NCBI GenBank assembly: GCA_040752575.1
Contig: JBFMGK010000027.1
Span: forward strand, 56,016 to 120,015
DNA from: Candidatus Bipolaricaulota bacterium
GTDB taxonomy: Bacteria; Bipolaricaulota; Bipolaricaulia; UBA7950; UBA9294
Direction of reading: 5' to 3'
DNA length: 64,000 nt
The notes beneath the pieces are model-generated. The model was not told the origin of the DNA, did not search any database, and was given only the letters and a program-made list of their open reading frames with translations. Shown piece after piece: positions 37,601 to 47,539 of the stretch (positions are counted from its first letter, which is position 1; each line of letters opens with the position of its first letter). The position numbers were made by a program, and so were the translations under genes.

Positions 37601-40273
37601 GAGGCGATGAACACCGGGATTGCGCCGACGGTATCGTTCAGCCCGGTCGTGGCGCCGACCCTGACGCTGGATGGAACCTCGGGATGGGCGGACGCCGACA
37701 CGTACGTGGCGCGCTACGACGTCGCGGACGGGAACGTTGACGTCAACGATGTTGCCGTCGACGTCGCCGGCGCGCAGGATGCGGCCGGGAACGGGCAGCA
37801 AGACTACGCGGCGCAGAACGAGTTTGGGATCGACACATTGAATCCTACGGTGACGAGCGTGACGGCCAGCGACACGCTGATTGCCGACGCGGACGCAGGA
37901 CAGACGCGCTATGTGACGGCCAACTTCAGCGAGGCCATGGATCAAGCCGTAACGCCAGTTTTCACTTTCGCTCCGGATGTGGCCTCGACGTTGACGCACA
38001 CTGGAGGATTGTGGCAGACGACGACGCGCTACCGGGCGTCGTATCTGGCCGTCGATGCAGGCGTGGACGTCGACAGTGTGACGGTCGATGTGACGGGAAC
38101 GAGAGACGAAGCCGGCAACGCCCAACAGGACTACGCGCCGCAGAACGAGTTCGCGATCGACACACTGAATCCCACGGTTCTCAGCATCGCGCTGAGCGAC
38201 AACCTGATCACCGATGCTGACGTCGGCGGAACGTTCACGGTGACGATCGACTACAGCGAGCCGATGCAGTCGGGCGTGGCGCCGACCGTGGTCTTTGACC
38301 CGGCGCTCGACACGACATTCTCGCTCCTTCTGACAAGCGGCTGGTCTGACGGCGACACCTACGTCGCGCGATACGCGGTTCTCGACGGCAACGTCACCGT
38401 GGACGATGACGACGTGCAGGTGTCGGCGGCAAGGGACTTGGCTGGCAACGTGCAGATCCCGTCGAGCCTCGACAACGACCTCGACATCGACACCGAGAAC
38501 CCGATCATCAGCAACTTCGTTGTCACGGGTGGGCCGGTGGGCACGAAGAACGGAAACGACTGCGTGCGTGAGGTCACGTTCGTCGCTACGGTGACCGATC
38601 CGAACGGCCGCATGGATCCGGGGGACATCGTGATCACGAGCGCGACGGTGCCCGCGGGCAATGCGCAGATCGGCGTGCCCTACGACGTGGTTCGCACGGC
38701 CGTCGACGTAGATGAAGCGACGATCGAAGGCGTCGTCGACGTGTACGACCTGACAGGCTGTCCGGCCTTCCCGCGGATCGTCCTCGATGCGACGGACCTC
38801 GTCGGCAACGAGGCAGCCCAAGCGTGGGCGGAGGACGACGTCTACGATCTCGTGATCCCGACGATCAACGACTTCACGTTCCACACGGACGATACGTACA
38901 CGACGACGACCGACGAGTACGAGGTCGACGGGTGCTGTGTGACGACCGTCTACTTCTCGGCGAACGTCACGGACAACTGCTGCATCGACGACGGCAACGT
39001 TTCGGTCTCGGTTTCGCTGCCGACTCTGAATGCGATCCTTGAGAACGTTTGGTGGGAGCCCACGCAGGCGGGGCAGAAACGCGTCGACCTTGTCGGGCAC
39101 GCCGACGTTCGCTGCGTGACGTCGTGCCCCGCGCGTGTCGAGGTCGTGATCACGGCCCATGATTGCTGCGGCAACGACGCCGTGCCCGTCACGTCGGGCG
39201 CAGGCACGGGGCTCGTGTACGATCGGATGGCTCCGGAGCCCAGCAACGACCCCGACGGCTACGAGGCGTCGCGCTGTGACGGACTCGAGGTGCGACGCGA
39301 CAACGATGGTCAGTATCGCCTGATGATTCGCGAGAACACGCCGACGTACATCGATGTGCTCTGCAACGACACCGACAACTGCTCGCGTTGCGCGTGCTGC
39401 GGAACCCTCTGGATCCACGACATCGTCGAGTATCCGGAGTACGCCACGTTGACGATCGTCGACGACGAAGGAGACTGCTCCGGGGGAACGAGCCTGCGGT
39501 TCGCGCCGGATCGCGGCTATCTAGGCCCCGACCGGTTCACCTACCGGATCGTCGATGCGTGCGGGAACATTTCGGACACGGCGACCGCCTACACGGAGAC
39601 GATCCGCGAGGTGGACGTCGAGGATGTTTTCGCGGTCGGGTGCGCCGCGAGCGCCATCCGAATCACGGTCGAAGCGACGGACCTGTGGGTCGACCCCGGG
39701 TCGCCGGACCTGATCCCATTCGGGTTCTCCATCCTGCAGGATCCCGCGCACGGGTTGCTCTGGATCGACCCGGCGAGCCTGCGCTACACACCGCCCAGCA
39801 CGACGGTCGACCCGTTGTACGGCGTAGTCCCCACGATGACGTTCACGGAGTCGGCCGCGATCGACCTTGTCTACACGCCGGCGGCGGATTTCGAGGGGAG
39901 AGATGCCTTTCGCGTGCTGTTCAGCGATCCCTACGGCGGACGTACGGTGGGGCGCGTCGACGTAGCCGTGACGCCGTGCGGATCGGGCGAGGGAACCATG
40001 CCGGGGCTGGAGGTGTCGCGCGGGCGGTCGCTGGCCCTCATCATGCCGTTGAGCTTCGATCCCAACCGCGAGAGTGGCATCCTCCTGGTCTCCTTGGAGG
40101 ACGGCATGCCGTTCGCGGCGGGGGTCGAGACAACCTGGAGCGAACGGGTGGGCCGGACGATGGTCTGGGTGGACGCGTCCGAGGTTCCGGAGGGAGACTA
40201 TCGGCTGGAGCTGCCTCTTGGCAACGGCGAGGTCGTAAGCGTTACGATCGCGGTGGTAGGGGAGGGCGAATGA
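34604..40273 (+). CDS. Giant (~1890 aa) secreted acidic Ig-repeat surface protein / adhesin-like
   Basis: GAGGAGG RBS; signal peptide; 3 FN3-like units ending WFHI/WYFHL..VDN.GN; 7 tandem ~110-aa repeats; Cys-rich region; Ig-like domains; D/T/V-rich. Confidence 0.88.
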   Translation: MVRRGVGLGWILLSVCLFSLVAGATCTTIGVAPQDDDSHEGLSWDNGMGGRVAEDGEWASTDLNGDEHEFDDYPFTGLLPIGAIITGFEVRIRGFSSGGPGSVQVGLSWDGGGQVDKPAGASPWTVSLPTGSGADATWNSVEIENPPFIHEFARAEVCGGNETFTVWVKANVGGDAIYVDAVEVRVTYYDETVPPFTPNNPTPSSSSHVTGTWYNASTLPDPMVTVDWTSATDRPTCDSGIDGYRAIWDTSSSTNLGASDGFFLDEEGVHSQDFSLGNGQYWFHIRSVDNVGNLADATSHLGPFRYDDLWPTNPNVTSTKSTGWSNTAIVPIAVSGASDTLSGIDGFAIAWTHSGTWTPDGAKDREEVWGGETFTMAADGLWYFHLIAVDNAGNWAAAGSDVETLGWFGVDTHAPSDPTATSPTHIEGGRSNNPNVQIGVSGASDPTHGEPGYEMASGVDGFSVGWDHNAAGVPDATKDEEQGWPGTTYNLADGTWYFHLRTVDNAGNWTSTETFGPVTIDTEDPTVTTVVASDTLITDADTPGNATFTITVDFSEPMNTGIAPSLSFNPAVATTLTLDLTSGWSDSDTYVARYDVADGNARLFDVAVDVSGAQDVAGNEQENYAPQIEFEVDTLNPTVSSVVASDALISDADTPGDASFTVTIDFDDAMNTGVVPTVSLNPTVASTLSLDGTSGWADANTYVARYDTADANVDVDSVTVDVSGVRDAAGNDQQDYTPVHEFAIDTLNPTVSIGANDVAIYDGDVGVDRFVVTATYSESMDPAVTPSLVFLPGMATTFTNPSGAWSVGNTVYTWTYDVVDDGAAVADIDLMVSGAADVAGNTQILSVRSDYIDVDLRNPTVVIAANDVAIYDGDVGVDRFAVTATFSEAMNPAVVPTLTFTPAVATTLTNPSGAWSVGNTVYTWTYDVSDAGVTVADVDVTTSGGQDVAGNVQVSNTNTDYVDIDTQNPTVASVVASDTLITDADTPGDATFTITVDFSEAMNTGIAPTVSFSPVVAPTLTLDGTSGWADADTYVARYDVADGNVDVNDVAVDVAGAQDAAGNGQQDYAAQNEFGIDTLNPTVTSVTASDTLIADADAGQTRYVTANFSEAMDQAVTPVFTFAPDVASTLTHTGGLWQTTTRYRASYLAVDAGVDVDSVTVDVTGTRDEAGNAQQDYAPQNEFAIDTLNPTVLSIALSDNLITDADVGGTFTVTIDYSEPMQSGVAPTVVFDPALDTTFSLLLTSGWSDGDTYVARYAVLDGNVTVDDDDVQVSAARDLAGNVQIPSSLDNDLDIDTENPIISNFVVTGGPVGTKNGNDCVREVTFVATVTDPNGRMDPGDIVITSATVPAGNAQIGVPYDVVRTAVDVDEATIEGVVDVYDLTGCPAFPRIVLDATDLVGNEAAQAWAEDDVYDLVIPTINDFTFHTDDTYTTTTDEYEVDGCCVTTVYFSANVTDNCCIDDGNVSVSVSLPTLNAILENVWWEPTQAGQKRVDLVGHADVRCVTSCPARVEVVITAHDCCGNDAVPVTSGAGTGLVYDRMAPEPSNDPDGYEASRCDGLEVRRDNDGQYRLMIRENTPTYIDVLCNDTDNCSRCACCGTLWIHDIVEYPEYATLTIVDDEGDCSGGTSLRFAPDRGYLGPDRFTYRIVDACGNISDTATAYTETIREVDVEDVFAVGCAASAIRITVEATDLWVDPGSPDLIPFGFSILQDPAHGLLWIDPASLRYTPPSTTVDPLYGVVPTMTFTESAAIDLVYTPAADFEGRDAFRVLFSDPYGGRTVGRVDVAVTPCGSGEGTMPGLEVSRGRSLALIMPLSFDPNRESGILLVSLEDGMPFAAGVETTWSERVGRTMVWVDASEVPEGDYRLELPLGNGEVVSVTIAVVGEGE
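35180..36170 (+). repeat. Three FN3-like repeats (G.DG(Y/F)...W...FH...VDN.GN)
   Basis: Motif recurs three times in the translation. Confidence 0.7.
36176..38500 (+). repeat. Seven tandem Ig-like repeats (periods 336, 336, 330, 330, 336, 327, 330 bp)
   Basis: Units begin PTV at 36176, 36512, 36848, 37178, 37508, 37844 and 38171; shared SE.M-like and D.AGN.Q motifs; units 3 and 4 share long identical DNA stretches. Confidence 0.9.
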
Positions 40274-41763
40274 ACCGCTGGGTGAAATGGGCCGTGTTGT
40301 TTGTCGCCTTGGGATGCGTCAGGTGCAACGCACTGGCGAACCAGACCCCCGAGCTACCCGACGCTGTCGTGACGGTCGTACAGGACCGTCCCGAACTTGT
40401 GCGCATGGCCGCGAGCGATGCGGACCTCGACCCCATGGATCCCCAAGCTCACCCGTTGCGGTTCGTACTTCTCGAGGGTCCGACTCACGGGGCGCTGGTC
40501 GGAGACCTCGACGCCGTTTCGTACGCCCCCCCGCACGAGGCGTGGATTGAGCTGACCTACGTCCCGGCAGCCGCGTTCGTCGGAAGGGATGCCTGGACCC
40601 TTGTCGTTGTCGATTCGCTGGGTGCGGCGTCTCGCGTCGCCACGATCGCGGTCGACGTCGTCAGAGGGCGTGCCGAAGGTCTTCTCGCCGGGACGTGGGA
40701 TGCCGAGTTCACGTTCAACGTGCAGTCGGCGTCGCTGGTCGCGCTGAGCCAGCGGATCACCGAGGTCTACCGCGTGGGCGGTCTCACGCTGAGCGGGACG
40801 GCGCAGTTCAACCTCGAATCTCCCGGAGGGGTCCAGACGGTAGTCTTTGACGCGCTGCGGTTCGACTCCGATCTACGCGTAGGCGACCTTGATGCGCGGG
40901 CTACCCTGGCTTTCGATCCCCAAGGCGCGAGCGCAGCGGACCTCTTCGACTACTTGTCGACGAACCTCTCGGCCGAGTTTCTGGGTGTCTCGCTCGCGCA
41001 CTCGCTCTTCCTCACTCGTCCGCAAACGGCGTCCTATCAGACGCTCACAGCGTCGGCCGTCCTCTTGGGCGTCAGTGTCTCAAGTACGGTTCGGCTGGCC
41101 CTCGACGATGCGTGCGGCTTCGTGTTCTCGCGGAGCGATCTCGGGGCATCGTGGGCTTGGTGCGACGTTGGGCTGCACGCGGCCCTAGGCTTCGCCGACA
41201 CGGGATTCGACGTTCTGAGGTTTTCCGCCTATGGAATCGCGCTTCCCGAGGTGGCGTGGCTTCCCCGTGCCGTCACGTTGAACGCGACGCTGACCTTCGC
41301 CGTCGACCAGAAGTCCCTCGACGGTGAACTGGAGTGGACCCCGATTCGTGGCGCGTGCCTGCGTCTGTTGGCGGAGCTGGTCACATCGGGTGGAGGCCTC
41401 ATCGGCGAGGGCGTGACACTGTATGGCCTGGTTCTCGATTGCCAAATCGGCGACGTGCGCGTGCGCTCCGCGACGTCGCTCGATCCGGGGAAGAACGCCG
41501 AGGTCACGGGCCAGATCGACTACTTCGAGTCCCTCACGATCTCCGGAACGCTCACATCCTGTTGTGGCATCCCCGGGACGTGGAGCGTGGCGACGTACTT
41601 TGCCCACGCTTCGACGCAGTTGTTCGACTGGGGCATGCTGCTTGCGAAGGCCGACGTCGCTCTTTCCGAGCACGTCAGCTTCCGCCTCGACGTAGTCTTC
41701 CGATCGGGCGACTTCGGCGATCCGACGTCGGAGTTCACGGTAGGGTGGGCCGTGCGCTGGTAG
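40270..41763 (+). CDS. Exported protein: N-terminal Ig-like domain + predicted outer-membrane beta-barrel
   Basis: ATGA overlap with the giant gene; signal peptide; LTYVPAAAFVGRD Ig motif; amphipathic beta-strand pattern; C-terminal FTVGWAVRW. Confidence 0.75.
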   Translation: MNRWVKWAVLFVALGCVRCNALANQTPELPDAVVTVVQDRPELVRMAASDADLDPMDPQAHPLRFVLLEGPTHGALVGDLDAVSYAPPHEAWIELTYVPAAAFVGRDAWTLVVVDSLGAASRVATIAVDVVRGRAEGLLAGTWDAEFTFNVQSASLVALSQRITEVYRVGGLTLSGTAQFNLESPGGVQTVVFDALRFDSDLRVGDLDARATLAFDPQGASAADLFDYLSTNLSAEFLGVSLAHSLFLTRPQTASYQTLTASAVLLGVSVSSTVRLALDDACGFVFSRSDLGASWAWCDVGLHAALGFADTGFDVLRFSAYGIALPEVAWLPRAVTLNATLTFAVDQKSLDGELEWTPIRGACLRLLAELVTSGGGLIGEGVTLYGLVLDCQIGDVRVRSATSLDPGKNAEVTGQIDYFESLTISGTLTSCCGIPGTWSVATYFAHASTQLFDWGMLLAKADVALSEHVSFRLDVVFRSGDFGDPTSEFTVGWAVRW

Positions 41764-42446
41764 TGGCGCCGTCCGCCTCGCGATCGAGAAGCCAAATCGG
41801 GTCGCCACCCGCGGGGCGGACGCGAGATGCAGGCAGGTCCTCACCGTCGCGTAGCCGCCGCACGACGCTCGCTTTCTCTGCCCCGACGACGAGGAAGACG
41901 ACGCTCTCCGTGGCATCCAGGCGAGGGATCGTCAGCGTGACGCGCCACTCAGGCTCCGCCGGAGCATGCACGGGCAGCACGAACCTGCGCTCCTCGCGCA
42001 AAGCCTGCTGCCGCGGGAACAGCGACGCGGTGTGGCCGTCGGTTCCGACGCCCAGGAAGCACAGATCGAGGCGCTCGCCGGCGCCGAGCAGGCACCGCAG
42101 ATCCTGCTCCGCCCGGTCCGCTGCGTCGACCGGGTCAAGCTCGCCGAGGAACCGATGGACGTTTTGGCGCGGGATCGGGACCTCGTCGAGGAGAGCGCGG
42201 CGGATGGCCCCGAAGTTGCTCTGTGGCGAGTCGGCAGGGACGCATCGCTCATCGGTAAGCAAGATGTGCGTCGCCTGCCAGTCGATGGGCGACGCAGCAA
42301 TCCTCCGGTACGCTTCGAGCGGCGTCCGTCCTCCGGCGAGCGCGACGATGAAGCGGCCTCGCGCGGCAATGGCGCGGCGGGCGCAGTCGACGAACAGGCG
42401 GGACGCCTCTTCAGCGACCTGGGGCGGGCCGGGCAGGACGATGGCG

Positions 42447-42454
<8 letters not shown>
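41735..42454 (-). CDS. pgl: 6-phosphogluconolactonase
   Basis: ALAGGRTP; DERCVP..S..SN; LGVGTDGHTASLFP; RVTLT. Confidence 0.93.
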
Positions 42455-43866
<1,412 letters not shown>

Positions 43867-43895
<29 letters not shown>

Positions 43896-44787
43896 GTCCC
43901 CCAAACTCCCCGCGGAGCGCGGCGACAAGCCTCGCCGCGAAGTCCTCCCCGTCTCGACTGGCGATCCTTGTGAGGAGCGCGCCCGTGATGATCGGGGCGG
44001 CCACGTCGGCGGCGATGGCCTCGGCGACCGTCCACCGCCCCTCGCCGCTGTCCGCGACCCACGGCGCGACGCTGGAGAGCGCCGGGTCGCGCGACAGCGC
44101 GCCGACGACGAGTTCGAGAAGCCACGACCGGACGACGCTTCCGCGCCCCCACAGGTCCGCAATGGACCGAAGGTCCAGGTCGAACTCGCGCTTCTTCCGC
44201 AGAAGGGCGAACCCCTCGGCGTAGGCCTGCATCAGGCCGTATTCGATGCCGTTGTGGACCATCTTCACAAAGTGGCCCGCTCCGGAGGGGCCGACGCGGC
44301 GCCAGCCGAGGCGGCCGCCTGCCGCCAGCGCGTCGAACCACGGAGAGAGAGGATCGACGTCCTCCTTTCGGCCCCCGACCATGAGGCAGTATCCCTGGCT
44401 CTCGCCGGCGACTCCTCCGCTTGTCCCCACGTCGACGAAGCCGACCCCGCGAGCCGCGAGGGCCGCGTGGCGAGCCTGGGAGTCGCGGTAGAACGAGTTT
44501 CCACCGTCAACGACGACATCGCCCGGGGAGAGGAGGGGTCCCAGGTGAGTCGTCGCGGCATCGGTTGGCTCGCCGGCGGGGAGCATGAGCCACACGCAGC
44601 GCGGGCTCGGAAGACGAGCCATGACGTCTTCGAGATCCGTGGCCGGCTCGATGCCCCGTACTTCGGACGCCAAGCGGATGGAGACGTCCGGCGACCGATT
44701 CGTGACGACAACGTGGAACCCTGCGCGCGCTGCGCGTCGGGCGATGCCGGATCCCATTCTTCCCAGGCCGACCACGGCGTGGTTCAT
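43867..44787 (-). CDS. gnd: Short-type decarboxylating 6-phosphogluconate dehydrogenase
   Basis: GLGRMG; VDGGNS; DVGTSGG; GHFVKMVHNGIEYG; DSGEGRW; FGGH. Confidence 0.95.
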
Positions 44788-46424
44788 CGCGCCTCCTGTC
44801 TCGGGGGACGCCGCGCATACGAAGCCAGGACTTCGTCCAGCGCGGCGGCGGGGTCGCCGCCAAGGTCGTAGCTCTCGACGCGACGACCGCGAGCCCTAAG
44901 GGTTGCCGCGTCGCCGAACGCTTGGCAGAGCAAGGCGTCGGCGAGCCGCTCCCGACCCGACGGTCCTGGAGCATCGAGCGGATCTTCCGTGGCGTCGACG
45001 AGATGCACGAAGATCCCGCGGCCCGCGTCTCCCTTGTGGAGTTGGCCGGTCGAGTGGAGATACCGCGGCCCGAATCCCAGCGTCACCGCGCAGCCCGTCG
45101 CGTCGCGCAGCTGCCCCTGCAGTGCTCGCAGGCGCGCCTCGACGGCGGGCGACGGATCGAGGAACGCAAGGAGTGCAACGTAGTCCCCGACCTTCGCTGA
45201 AGCGACCTGACGGTCGAGCTCTTCGCGCGTGAGCGCCCGCCGCGTCTCCGCCGGGCGACGGCCCGACCTGCGCAGCTCCTCGAGAAGCCGGCGAGTCTCC
45301 GTCTTGGCTGACTCGACGTCGGGCTGGTTGAAGGGGTGGATCCCGAGGACATGACCGGCGATCGCCGTGGCGAACTCGGCGAGGAAGAAGATGCGTCCGA
45401 ACTCGGGAGCGTCGCGATCGTCCAGGGTGAGCGCGGGGTGCCCGCCCAAAGCGAGGTCCTCGCTGCGCCGTTCTTCAAGGGGCGAAAGAGAGAGAAAGAG
45501 GCGATCGCGTCCGTAGGCCGATGCGGGAGCCAAAGGCTCGCCGACGACGGGCAGGATGCCGCGTCCCGATTTGCCCGTGCTCTCCGCGATCAGCTGCTCG
45601 ATCCAGTCCGCGAGCCCGGCGAGGTCAGGCGGCGCTTCGATCGTTAGCTTGTCGCGCCCGCCCATGGCTTGGGCGGCGAGCGACGCGCCGAGCCAGGCGC
45701 CGCGGTTATCCTGGGGAGATAGGTCCGGCGAGCACGCCGCGGCAGCCCCGCGAGCCGCGTGGAGCAGGGCTTCGAGGTCGATGCGCAGGAGAGCCCCCGG
45801 CACGAGACCTACGAGAGAAAGCGCGGCGTATCGCCCCCCGACGTTGGGGTCATTGAGGAACGTGCGACGGTAGCCGCGGGCCGCCGCCCACGCGACCAAC
45901 GGACTGCCGGGGTCGGTGATCGCGACGAACCGACGTCCGGCATCGCGAGGCCCCAGAACGCCGTCCGCCTGCTCCTGGAAGTAGCGCGCAAGGGTCAGCG
46001 TCTCGCTTGTCGTCCCGGACTTCGTCGAGACGACGAACAGCGTGCGCTGCAGGTCGATCGACGCTGAGACGCGGCGCACGGCACTTGGATGCAGGGTGTC
46101 GAGGACGTGGAGCCGAGGCGCGCCTCGGTCGGGAAGACCGGCTCGCGCCATGGCGTCCGGTGCGAGACTGGATCCTCCCATGCCGAGCAGGACGACGTCG
46201 TCCAATCCCTCGCTGCGGGCCTCGTCCGAGAAGTCGCTGAGCTCGGCCAGGTGCGTGGCCATCGTGTCCGGAAGACGCAACCACCCGAGGCGGTCGACGA
46301 TTTCGTTGGGGATCGGCGACCAGAGGCGGTGATCTCCGGCCCAGAGACGCGCGATGACGTTGTCGCGTTCCAGGGCGCAGAGAACGTCACGAAAGCTCTG
46401 CGTCGCATGCTTGCCGTCTTCCAT
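44784..46424 (-). CDS. pgi: Glucose-6-phosphate isomerase (type related to the Pgi half of Tal-Pgi)
   Basis: GMGGSSL; STKSGTT; ITDPGS; VGGRY; EQLIAESTGK; FNQPDVE..K; GPRYLHSTGQLHKG. Confidence 0.88.
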   Translation of the reverse strand: MEDGKHATQSFRDVLCALERDNVIARLWAGDHRLWSPIPNEIVDRLGWLRLPDTMATHLAELSDFSDEARSEGLDDVVLLGMGGSSLAPDAMARAGLPDRGAPRLHVLDTLHPSAVRRVSASIDLQRTLFVVSTKSGTTSETLTLARYFQEQADGVLGPRDAGRRFVAITDPGSPLVAWAAARGYRRTFLNDPNVGGRYAALSLVGLVPGALLRIDLEALLHAARGAAAACSPDLSPQDNRGAWLGASLAAQAMGGRDKLTIEAPPDLAGLADWIEQLIAESTGKSGRGILPVVGEPLAPASAYGRDRLFLSLSPLEERRSEDLALGGHPALTLDDRDAPEFGRIFFLAEFATAIAGHVLGIHPFNQPDVESAKTETRRLLEELRRSGRRPAETRRALTREELDRQVASAKVGDYVALLAFLDPSPAVEARLRALQGQLRDATGCAVTLGFGPRYLHSTGQLHKGDAGRGIFVHLVDATEDPLDAPGPSGRERLADALLCQAFGDAATLRARGRRVESYDLGGDPAAALDEVLASYARRPPRQEAR

Positions 46425-46469
46425 GGACCCTCCTGGCTGTGTCACGATAACACAAACGGCGGCGCGGGG

Positions 46470-46545
46470 TCAGGACAGGCTGGCGCTGCGCCACGCTACG
46501 CCGCGGATCAGGGCAGGTTGGCGTTGCGCCACGCCGCGCCGCGGA
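46470..46545. repeat. 38-bp tandem duplication covering the glk 3' end and stop codon
   Basis: 46470-46507 vs 46508-46545: 33/38 identical. Confidence 0.8.
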
Positions 46546-47512
46546 GGACGGCGTCCGGCGAGAGAATCACGAACAAGGGTATTGATGCGAGGAGCGAGGA
46601 GAATCGTCCCTTGGCTTCGAAGACGCGGCGGAACCGCGGCGAGGTGAGAAACGGGAGAAGGCGTGGCGGAAGGCCTCCCCCGAGATAGACCCCGCCGGTC
46701 GCGAGCCATCGCAAGGCAGCGTTCCCGCACTCTGCGGCGAGGATGTCCGTCAGCAGCTCGACCGCGGCGACGGCGAGAGGCGATCGCCCCGACAAGGCGG
46801 CGTCGACGATCTCGGGCGTCGCCGGCAGCTCGCAGCCGTGGGACTCGGGTGCCTCGCCATGACCTTGGCTCTCGCCGTCACGGAGGAAGCCGAACAGGTG
46901 GGGAAGCGCGAGACCTGAACAGGTGCGTTCGACGCTCACGTGGTCATGGTGCTGCCGCAGCTGCAAGAGAAGGCGATCCTGCAGCTCGTTCTGCGAAGAG
47001 AAGTCGGCGTGGCTCCCTTCGGAGGGCAAGGCCACCAGGCCGTCGCGGCCCTGCGCGATGCAGGCCTCGCCCAGACCCGTTCCCAGCGCGAGGACGGCCC
47101 TCACGCCCCCTCGCGCAGCTGCGGGACCGAGGCGCTGCAGCTCATCATCTCCCAGGCAGGGTACGGACCAGGCAAGGGCCTCCACATCATTGAGGACTTC
47201 GACGCGCGCGATGCCCAGCCGGTCACGCAGGGCGGAGCCCTCGACGTGCCACGGGAGATTCGTCAGCTGAGCGGACCCGTTGAAGACGGGCCCCGCCACG
47301 GCGAACGTCGCCGACTCGATCTGCCGAGCGCCCGGGACCTCGGAAAGAAAAGCTGCGACGTCGTCAGCCAGGTCTCGTATCTGGTGGCTGGCGAGGGTGC
47401 GCGTGGCGATGGGAAGGCGCGGCATCCCTGCGTCGAACACTGCGAGGACGGTCTTCGTCCCCCCCACGTCCGCGGCAAGCAGGGTTCTGGAGGGCGAACG
47501 CCGGCCCGCCAT
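46508..47512 (-). CDS. glk: Glucokinase
   Basis: ADVGGTKT; VAGPV; LNDVEA; LGTGLG; SEGSH; VSVER; GGVYLGGG. Confidence 0.92.
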   Translation of the reverse strand: MAGRRSPSRTLLAADVGGTKTVLAVFDAGMPRLPIATRTLASHQIRDLADDVAAFLSEVPGARQIESATFAVAGPVFNGSAQLTNLPWHVEGSALRDRLGIARVEVLNDVEALAWSVPCLGDDELQRLGPAAARGGVRAVLALGTGLGEACIAQGRDGLVALPSEGSHADFSSQNELQDRLLLQLRQHHDHVSVERTCSGLALPHLFGFLRDGESQGHGEAPESHGCELPATPEIVDAALSGRSPLAVAAVELLTDILAAECGNAALRWLATGGVYLGGGLPPRLLPFLTSPRFRRVFEAKGRFSSLLASIPLFVILSPDAVLRGAAWRNANLP

Positions 47513-47539
47513 AAGCACCTCCCCGACGCATTCGCTAAA

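Noticed and set aside
36176..38500. CRISPR array or DGR-like repeat pair
   Set aside because: Repeats are ~330-bp in-frame coding units with mostly synonymous-type variation; no spacers, cas or reverse transcriptase genes.
34234..41763. tRNA-anchored genomic island containing the giant gene
   Set aside because: The giant gene lies on the tRNA 5' side; no integrase, att duplication or obvious compositional shift.
41735..41763. 29-nt convergent overlap of pgl and the barrel gene
   Set aside because: Short tail overlaps are frequent in GC-rich genomes; no evidence of regulation.
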